Of a stretch of 64,000 nucleotides of DNA, positions 58,320 through 64,000 are shown piece after piece. The notes under the pieces are model-generated. The model had not been told where the DNA came from. It saw nothing but the letters and a program-made list of their open reading frames with translations, and did not search any database. The number at the start of each line of letters is the position of its first letter. Within the stretch, counting starts at the first letter, position 1. The position numbers and the translations under genes are program-made. This DNA comes from Myxococcota bacterium (GTDB lineage: Bacteria; Myxococcota_A; UBA9160; JAFDDA01), in NCBI GenBank assembly GCA_965228475.1, contig OZ245817.1, positions 1,440,001-1,504,000 of the forward strand, read 5' to 3'.

Positions 58320-59468
58320 CTAGCCAACCCCCCTCGTGCGGGCGAGTGGCTCCCCGCCCTCGGCGACCCCCCAGCCGACCTCGGCCTGGAGCGCGAGGTC
58401 ATCCCGCTGCGTGAGTCCGAGGAAGCCCGCAAAGACCTGATAGCCGCCGAGTTCTTGGTCTTCCGCACCCTCCAACTCGACCGGCACCGTCGAGAAGCCC
58501 ACGGGAAGAACCCCGAGACCTGCGCCGGCGCAGAGCCAGCGGCGGCGGCTCATGGGCACAGGGCGCCGCGTCTCCAGATCCGCGATCCTGAGGTCGCGGT
58601 CTCTCCAGGGAGCCAAAGCAGGGTTCCGTGCGTAGAACATCGAAACCGTCTCTTCCGCGCCGGGACCACCGCGCGCCTGATGGGGAAGATCGACGTAAGG
58701 GAAGAAGCGCATGATCCATCCAGGGACCAGCTCGCCGCCGTAGATCTCGACCGGCATGTAGATGGACTGCCAGAAGTCCAGGTCAGGCTTTCCCTCGGCG
58801 GTGCGTCGGAGTTCGCGGCAGACCGGCCGGAGCCACTCGGTCCACCACTCGAGGTCGAAGGCGTTGAGACGATCGAGGCGCCCTTCGATCTTCCTCCAGT
58901 CGTCGGGGGTCCCGAGCAGGGTCACCTCCGGGATTCCGCAGATCAGCCGGAGCTCGTAGCGGAAATATCGCTTCATCGAATCGAGGAGGACGACGTCGGT
59001 CGCAACCCGGGTAGCGGGCGTCGATGTCGAGAAGTCGTTCTTCAGCAGTTCACCGATGGTGCCGGTCTCGGCGCGGACTCTCTCGCAGAGCCCAGCGATC
59101 GCAAGCTCCCAATCCCCGAGTGTTCGAAGTCGGCTGACGCCGCACGTCACCGTCCGTGTGCCTTCGAAGTCCACGAGTTGATCGCGGCGGGCCTTGGGAT
59201 CGGCGTTGACGTGCTGTGCGAAGCCCTGTGCGATCGTCAGCCAAACTCCATCCGGCGACAGGACGAGGGGGCGATGTTCGGAGAACGCGCGGTGGACCGC
59301 GTCGGCGAAGGGATGGAGGCGAGCGCCGCCGGCGACACGCAGCTGCGGGTCGGACAGCATGAGAATCTCCCGCGGGCCAAAGACCTCCCGGACCGCCTCG
59401 ATCGCCGGCCACTCCTCGATGCGGTCCGTGGCACGGTCTACCGCGTCGATCTCGAACGTGAAGCTCAC
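58320..59468 (-). CDS. DUF4419 domain-containing protein
   Basis: AFSEHRPLVLSPDGVWLTIAQG..HVN, DFSTST, YFRY...CGIPEVTLLGTPDDW, GWI..FFPY, AGFLG, VGW. Confidence 0.8.
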   Translation of the reverse strand: MSFTFEIDAVDRATDRIEEWPAIEAVREVFGPREILMLSDPQLRVAGGARLHPFADAVHRAFSEHRPLVLSPDGVWLTIAQGFAQHVNADPKARRDQLVDFEGTRTVTCGVSRLRTLGDWELAIAGLCERVRAETGTIGELLKNDFSTSTPATRVATDVVLLDSMKRYFRYELRLICGIPEVTLLGTPDDWRKIEGRLDRLNAFDLEWWTEWLRPVCRELRRTAEGKPDLDFWQSIYMPVEIYGGELVPGWIMRFFPYVDLPHQARGGPGAEETVSMFYARNPALAPWRDRDLRIADLETRRPVPMSRRRWLCAGAGLGVLPVGFSTVPVELEGAEDQELGGYQVFAGFLGLTQRDDLALQAEVGWGVAEGGEPLARTRGVG

Positions 59469-59565
59469 ATGCTCTCCCCTTGTGGAATCTGCGGTGCCGT
59501 CAACCTCCGACGATTAGACTCTATCGCAGGAATCGCCCGAACCCGGATCCGCAAGGAGGCCCCCG

Positions 59566-60042
59566 ATGACCGAGCCCACTCACGACGGCGCCGCCGTCCG
59601 GTTTCCGCCGCCCTTCGTTCCGCTGATCGCCCTCGCCGTCGGCATGGGGCTACACGCCTGGGTGTTGCCGTTCGGGCTCCCCATGGCCGGCCTGCTCCGC
59701 TGGACGCTCGCGGCGGTCTTCCTCGGCGTCGGCGTTGCGCTGCTGCTCGCGGCCTTCGGACTCTTCCAGAAGACCGGGCAGGACCCGAAGCCCTGGGAGA
59801 CAACGCCCGAGATCATCTCGACCGGCATTTACGCGCACACCCGCAACCCGATGTACGTCGGGATGGGCTTTCTCCAGGCCGGTCTCGGCGTGGGCCTGGC
59901 GAACGGCTGGGTCGTTCTGCTCGTGCCGGTGACGTGCTGGGTGATCGGGCGGATCGCGATCCGCCACGAAGAGGCCTATCTCACCGAGAAGTTCGGCGCG
60001 GTCTACACGGACTATCAGCGCTCGGTCCGGCGCTGGCTCTAG
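59566..60042 (+). CDS. Isoprenylcysteine carboxyl methyltransferase / PEMT family membrane protein
   Basis: RBS AAGGAGG; FPPP, GIYAHTRNPMYVG, IRHEEAYL.EKFG..Y.DY..SVRRWL. Confidence 0.85.
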   Translation: MTEPTHDGAAVRFPPPFVPLIALAVGMGLHAWVLPFGLPMAGLLRWTLAAVFLGVGVALLLAAFGLFQKTGQDPKPWETTPEIISTGIYAHTRNPMYVGMGFLQAGLGVGLANGWVVLLVPVTCWVIGRIAIRHEEAYLTEKFGAVYTDYQRSVRRWL

Positions 60043-60103
60043 CCCGGGGAGCGGCGCGGGTCTATGCTGGCCGCACCTTCCACAAACCATTCGAGGTACT
60101 TCG

Positions 60104-60826
60104 ATGCGTTCCTGGACCCCGGTTCTCACCGTCGCGCTCACCCTCGGCCTCCTCTCGGGCGATGCCCTGGCCGATGCCCCGCAGCCGCTCACGCGGAACT
60201 ACGAGGCCCTGTCGGACTCGGAGCTCGACGCCCGGACCGCCTTCATCATGGAGCGCCTCGACGCGGGCAAGACCCACGCCCAGCGCTGGCAGTGGGGATG
60301 GACCGGCGCCTACGCCTCCGGCATCGTGATTGGCACGGGCCGCGCCATCGCGACGAGCGACTCCGCCAACCGTGTCGACTACATCACCACCGCCGTGAAG
60401 GCGACGATCGGGACGACGCGTCTCCTCGTCCAGAAGCACCCGGGCCGGCACGGCGCCGAAGAGCTCAAGTACATGAAGACGGCCACACGCCGGGACAAGA
60501 TCGCCCGCTTGAAGCGTGCGGAGGAACTCTTCCAGGAGGTCGCGAAGAAGGCCGAGGAGCGGAAGAACTGGAAGGCCCACGCGGGCAACGTCTTCCTGAA
60601 CGCCGCCGGCGCAGGGGTGACCTGGGCGTTCGGTGACTCCGACGACGCCTACAAGAACCTCGCGATCGGGCTGATCGTCGGCGAGGCGCACATCTGGAGC
60701 GCGCCCTGGCGCGGCCCCCAGGACGTCGAGGACTACCAGGTGCGCTTCGGCATGAAGTCGGGCAGCCGCTTCGACTGGAAGCTCGTCCCGACGGTGGGCG
60801 GCGCGGCCGTGCAGGTGACCTGGTAG
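60104..60826 (+). CDS. Secreted/envelope hypothetical protein
   Basis: Signal peptide ending ALA-D; coding-like codon usage; terminal beta-strand ending in Trp (AAVQVTW). Confidence 0.7.
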   Translation: MRSWTPVLTVALTLGLLSGDALADAPQPLTRNYEALSDSELDARTAFIMERLDAGKTHAQRWQWGWTGAYASGIVIGTGRAIATSDSANRVDYITTAVKATIGTTRLLVQKHPGRHGAEELKYMKTATRRDKIARLKRAEELFQEVAKKAEERKNWKAHAGNVFLNAAGAGVTWAFGDSDDAYKNLAIGLIVGEAHIWSAPWRGPQDVEDYQVRFGMKSGSRFDWKLVPTVGGAAVQVTW

Positions 60827-60833
60827 GCCCGAC

Positions 60834-62717
60834 TCACGCGGTCGTGAAACGGCCGTGGACCTCGGTCAGGGCTTCGGGCAGGCGCTCCGGGTGACTCAGC
60901 ACGTGCCACCTCCCGGGTCCGAACATCGGCGGCAGGTAGTCGCGCGCGACGGCGTCGACGGCCAGGGCGTGCGGGTGGACGCCCGCCGTCTCGGCTTCGC
61001 GGAGGGCCTGGCGGACGTCGGCGATGCCGTAGCGTCCTTCATAGCGGTCGTAGTCCGTCGGCTTGCCGTCGCTGACCAGAAGTAGCAGGCGGCGGTCCGC
61101 AGGTTCGGCGGCGAGGCAGGCGGTCGCGTGGCGGATCGCCGGGCCGATCCGCGTGTAGCCGCGGGGCTCGAGGGCGCCGAGCCGGTCCCGTACGGCGGGC
61201 CAGGTCTCGCCGAAACCCTTCACCTCCCAGACGCGGCACTGGTTCCGCGTGTGGCTCGAGAAGCCGAGGATCTGGAGCGCGTCGTCGAGCCGGTGTGCGA
61301 CTTCGCCGAGGACCGTCACGGCGTCGCGGGCGACGTCGAGAACGCGGCGCCCATCCACCCAGGAGTCGGTCGAGAGAGACAGGTCGAGGAGGACGGTGGT
61401 CGCGAAGTCCCGCCGCTGGCGGGCCTGCCGGACGTAGAGCCTCGGGTCCATCCCGCGGCCTGCGCAGCGGGAGCCGTGGGACTCGACGAGGGCGCCGAGG
61501 TCGACGTCCTCGCCGTCGAGCTGGCGGCTGCGCGGTCGGAGCTGCGAACGCTGGAGCGCGAGCCGGTGGAAGAGCTCGTCGACGAGCCGTGCGTGGTCTC
61601 GCAGCCGGCCGGCCGCCCAGCCGGGGCGCGTTTCGCGCGCCGGGCTCGGGAAGACCGTGCACCACTCGGGCCGGTAGCGCTTCTTGCGCGCATCCCACTC
61701 GTCGTAGGGGATGCCGGGCTCCTGGCTCGTCGCGTCCGCGGCGTCCGGGATGTCGAGTCCGAGGGCCAGGTCCGCACGAAGGAGCGAGTGGGCTTCGTCG
61801 TCGCTGCGGAGCAGGTCGCCGAGGTCGACGGAGTCGAGCGCATCGAGGTGGGCATCGAGTTCGTCGGCTCCGTCCACGTCGCGCGCGCCTCCGTCGTACG
61901 CGTCGAGCGTCTCGGCCTTCTCGAAGTTGTGGATCAGGACGGCGTCCTCCTGCTCCTTCTCGTCGAGCTCGACGCGGCGCAGGGCTTCGATGGCCGGCGC
62001 GTCGGCCTCGCTCTCGATCTCCGAGGGCCCGGGCGGTTGCTCCGGCGAGGCGCCGAGGCTCTTCAGGTCTTCCGGAGCCTCGAGCAGCTCCCCCCAGATC
62101 GCGATGCCCGGGCTTGCGGGGCCCTTCAGCGGCGCGGCCTCGATCGCGGCCCGTCTCTCGGGCTCGGTCCAGGGCCGCTCTCCCCGAAGCGCGGCCTGGC
62201 GTGCTTCTTCGACGAGCCGCGCGCGGCCGCGGAGTGAGGAGGGGTCGGGCCGCACCGACAGCGTCAGCGCCGCCGCCTCGGCGTGCATGCGGGGGAAGCC
62301 CGCGAACTGGCGACCCAGCGAGTCGACGGCCTCTCGTGCCAGACGCAGTGCTTCGAGGGGGTCGCCGATGCGCTCCGAAGGGAGGCGCCGCTCGCGAACG
62401 AGCCGGCGCAGCTCCGCGGCGACCGCCGTCCGCACCACGAGCAGGCGCCGGTTGGCCTCGGGATCCTCGGCGAGGTCGAAGCGCGGCGGAATCAGGAGAT
62501 CGCGCCCGCGGACGCCACCGACTCCGCGCGCCGGCAGGAGCCGAACGGGCTCCCGCGCCAGAATCTGGGCGAGGGTCGAAAGCGCGCGTTCCGAATCGGC
62601 CAGGTTCGCTGCCTGTGGGTTCGGAGCCGGTTCGCTGCGGAGGCGCTTCCAGATCGAGAGCAGACCGCGGAAGACCCCTTCTTCCCAGTCGAGCTCGATG
62701 TGGGGCCCGCCGGCCAT
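60834..62717 (-). CDS. norD: Nitric oxide reductase activation protein NorD (vWA)
   Basis: YDEWD, DGEDVDL, LLDLSLSTDSW MIDAS, YTRIGPAIRHA, LVSDGKPTDYDRYEGRYGIADVRQA. Confidence 0.9.
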   Translation of the reverse strand: MAGGPHIELDWEEGVFRGLLSIWKRLRSEPAPNPQAANLADSERALSTLAQILAREPVRLLPARGVGGVRGRDLLIPPRFDLAEDPEANRRLLVVRTAVAAELRRLVRERRLPSERIGDPLEALRLAREAVDSLGRQFAGFPRMHAEAAALTLSVRPDPSSLRGRARLVEEARQAALRGERPWTEPERRAAIEAAPLKGPASPGIAIWGELLEAPEDLKSLGASPEQPPGPSEIESEADAPAIEALRRVELDEKEQEDAVLIHNFEKAETLDAYDGGARDVDGADELDAHLDALDSVDLGDLLRSDDEAHSLLRADLALGLDIPDAADATSQEPGIPYDEWDARKKRYRPEWCTVFPSPARETRPGWAAGRLRDHARLVDELFHRLALQRSQLRPRSRQLDGEDVDLGALVESHGSRCAGRGMDPRLYVRQARQRRDFATTVLLDLSLSTDSWVDGRRVLDVARDAVTVLGEVAHRLDDALQILGFSSHTRNQCRVWEVKGFGETWPAVRDRLGALEPRGYTRIGPAIRHATACLAAEPADRRLLLLVSDGKPTDYDRYEGRYGIADVRQALREAETAGVHPHALAVDAVARDYLPPMFGPGRWHVLSHPERLPEALTEVHGRFTTA

Positions 62718-63526
62718 CAGAAGGCCAGGGCGACGAGGTCTCGCAGGCCCTCGGCGATCTCGGCGTCGTCGGTCAACGCCTCGACCAGGGCGGCGTTGCA
62801 GGCGGCGCGCGGCGGCTGGCCCGCGTCGATCAGCCGCGCCGCGTTCACGATCAGCCGCGTCGAGGGCATCTCCGCCAGGCCCAGTGGCTCGAGTTCGCGC
62901 ATGCGGCGGACGAGGGCGCAGAGCCGCTTCCCGTGGTGCGGATCGATTCCGGTTTCGCCCCGCAGGATCTCGAGTTCGACCTCGGGCTCCGGATAGCCGA
63001 GCGACAGGGCGAGGAAGCGCTGCCGCGTCGAGGGCTTCAGCTCTTTCAAGCCGCGCTGGTAGCCTGGGTTGTAGCTCGCGACCAGCATGAAGCCCTCGGC
63101 CGCCGGAATCTCCTCGTCGTGGCGCTCGACGTAGAGCGTGCGGCGATGGTCCGAGAGCGGGTGGACGACCACCACGACGTCGCTGCGCGCCTCGGCGAAC
63201 TCGTCGAGGTAGAGGATCGCGCCCTGGCGGACGGCGCGGGTCACGGGCCCGTCCTGCCAGACCGTGTCGCCGCCCTCGACGAGGTAGCGCCCGGTGAGGT
63301 CGACGGCGCTCGTCTCGTCGTGGCAGGCAACGGTGACGAGCGGTCGCCCCAGCCGTGCGGCCATGTGCTCGACGAGCCGGGACTTCCCGCAACCCGTCGG
63401 CCCCTTCAGGAGCAGGGGGACCTTCTGCGTGAAGGCCGTCTCGAAGACCTGGCACTCGTTCGCGACGGGCCGGTACCACGGTGCTTCGCCCGGCGCGGCG
63501 GACGGCACCGGCGCAGGGCCGCTCAC
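62717..63526 (-). CDS. norQ: CbbQ/NirQ/NorQ AAA+ ATPase
   Basis: LLKGPTGCGKSR, VACHDE, DLTGRYL, WQDGP, YLDE..EAR, HPLSDHRR, SYNPGYQ, LKPSTRQRF, STRL; GTG start overlaps the norB stop. Confidence 0.93.
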   Translation of the reverse strand: MSGPAPVPSAAPGEAPWYRPVANECQVFETAFTQKVPLLLKGPTGCGKSRLVEHMAARLGRPLVTVACHDETSAVDLTGRYLVEGGDTVWQDGPVTRAVRQGAILYLDEFAEARSDVVVVVHPLSDHRRTLYVERHDEEIPAAEGFMLVASYNPGYQRGLKELKPSTRQRFLALSLGYPEPEVELEILRGETGIDPHHGKRLCALVRRMRELEPLGLAEMPSTRLIVNAARLIDAGQPPRAACNAALVEALTDDAEIAEGLRDLVALAF

Positions 63527-64000
63527 CCGGCGTTCCCGGTTTCGAGGGCCTCGTCGCTCGGCAAGCCGTGCTGGGCGAAGTTCCAGATGTAGAGACCGAT
63601 GCCGAGAGTCAGCAGGCACGCGGCCAGCACCAGGCCGAGGAAGTGCACCTCGATCGCTTCCTGCACCGCCAGGAAGTCCATGCCGGCCTTGCGCTCGAGA
63701 TAGACCTGCGTGATTCCCGCGACCGCGAAGGCCCCCGTCATGCCGATCATGCCGATGTTCGAGATCCAGAACGCCCACTCCGCTGCCCAGTGGTCGAAGA
63801 GCTTGCGCCCCGTGAGCTGCGGCATGGCGTAGGAGATCATGGCCAGGACGACCATCACGTACGCACCCCAGAAGGCCATGTGTCCGTGCATGGCGGTGAT
63901 CATGGTGCCGTGGGTCCAGAGGTTCACCTGGGGGAGGGTGTGCGCGAAGCCCAGGAAGCCGGCGCCGACGAAGGACATCACGCCGCAGCCGACCGTCCAG
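63523..64000 (-). CDS. norB: Nitric oxide reductase large subunit, C-terminal part (5' end beyond window)
   Basis: GAGFLGFAHTLPQVNLWTHGT..TAMHGHMAFWGAY, AG..QVYLER; followed by norQ and norD (cNOR arrangement). Confidence 0.92.
   Translation of the reverse strand, partial: WTVGCGVMSFVGAGFLGFAHTLPQVNLWTHGTMITAMHGHMAFWGAYVMVVLAMISYAMPQLTGRKLFDHWAAEWAFWISNIGMIGMTGAFAVAGITQVYLERKAGMDFLAVQEAIEVHFLGLVLAACLLTLGIGLYIWNFAQHGLPSDEALETGNAG

Noticed and set aside
47332..64000. tRNA-Gly-anchored prophage or integrative element
   Set aside because: No integrase, transposase or phage gene, and I found no duplicate of the tRNA 3' end by eye

Overview
A very GC-rich bacterial chromosome segment; PEP-CTERM proteins, PilZ-DUF4388 and a Cys-led C-terminal sorting tail suggest Myxococcota/deltaproteobacterial affinity (inference). 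From left to right: (1) 1-10.2 kb, the end of a surface-glycan locus (CapK/phenylacetate-CoA-ligase-like gene, secreted beta-helix protein, DUF362, Wzx flippase, nucleotidyltransferase-TMK-like fusion, surface-anchored beta-propeller phytase, APH-fold kinase). (2) 10.4-46.7 kb, mostly housekeeping: NtrY/NtrX-like pair, an in-frame RimI-PyrK fusion plus pyrD, rimP-nusA-infB-DUF503-rbfA-truB-rpsO-pnp-dut-cdsA-purB-purS, an inverted His-motif membrane/TPR gene, purQ-purL-purF coupled to a GlnA4-type gamma-glutamylation module, PilZ-DUF4388, SDR, TPR lipoprotein, nadB, lytic transglycosylase, pgsA, nucleotide-sugar dehydrogenase and an FAH-family gene. (3) An 11-residue-repeat coiled-coil gene and tRNA-Gly(GCC). 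(4) 47.5-60.8 kb, an accessory patchwork: a His/Cys-rich duplicated mini-protein plus a ZIP-permease fusion between two PEP-CTERM genes, a CBS gene with a sigma-54-like promoter, a CmcJ/NvfI-like oxygenase, an atypical sulfatase-fold lipoprotein and DUF4419. (5) The end of a cNOR cluster (norB partial, norQ, norD). I saw no CRISPR array, integrase or transposase. The best candidates for undescribed biology are the His-rich protein/ZIP-permease metal module, the CGxGxE C-terminal sorting module, the RimI-PyrK fusion and the NTase-kinase glycan-modification set. All family calls come from motif recognition by eye; no searches were run.
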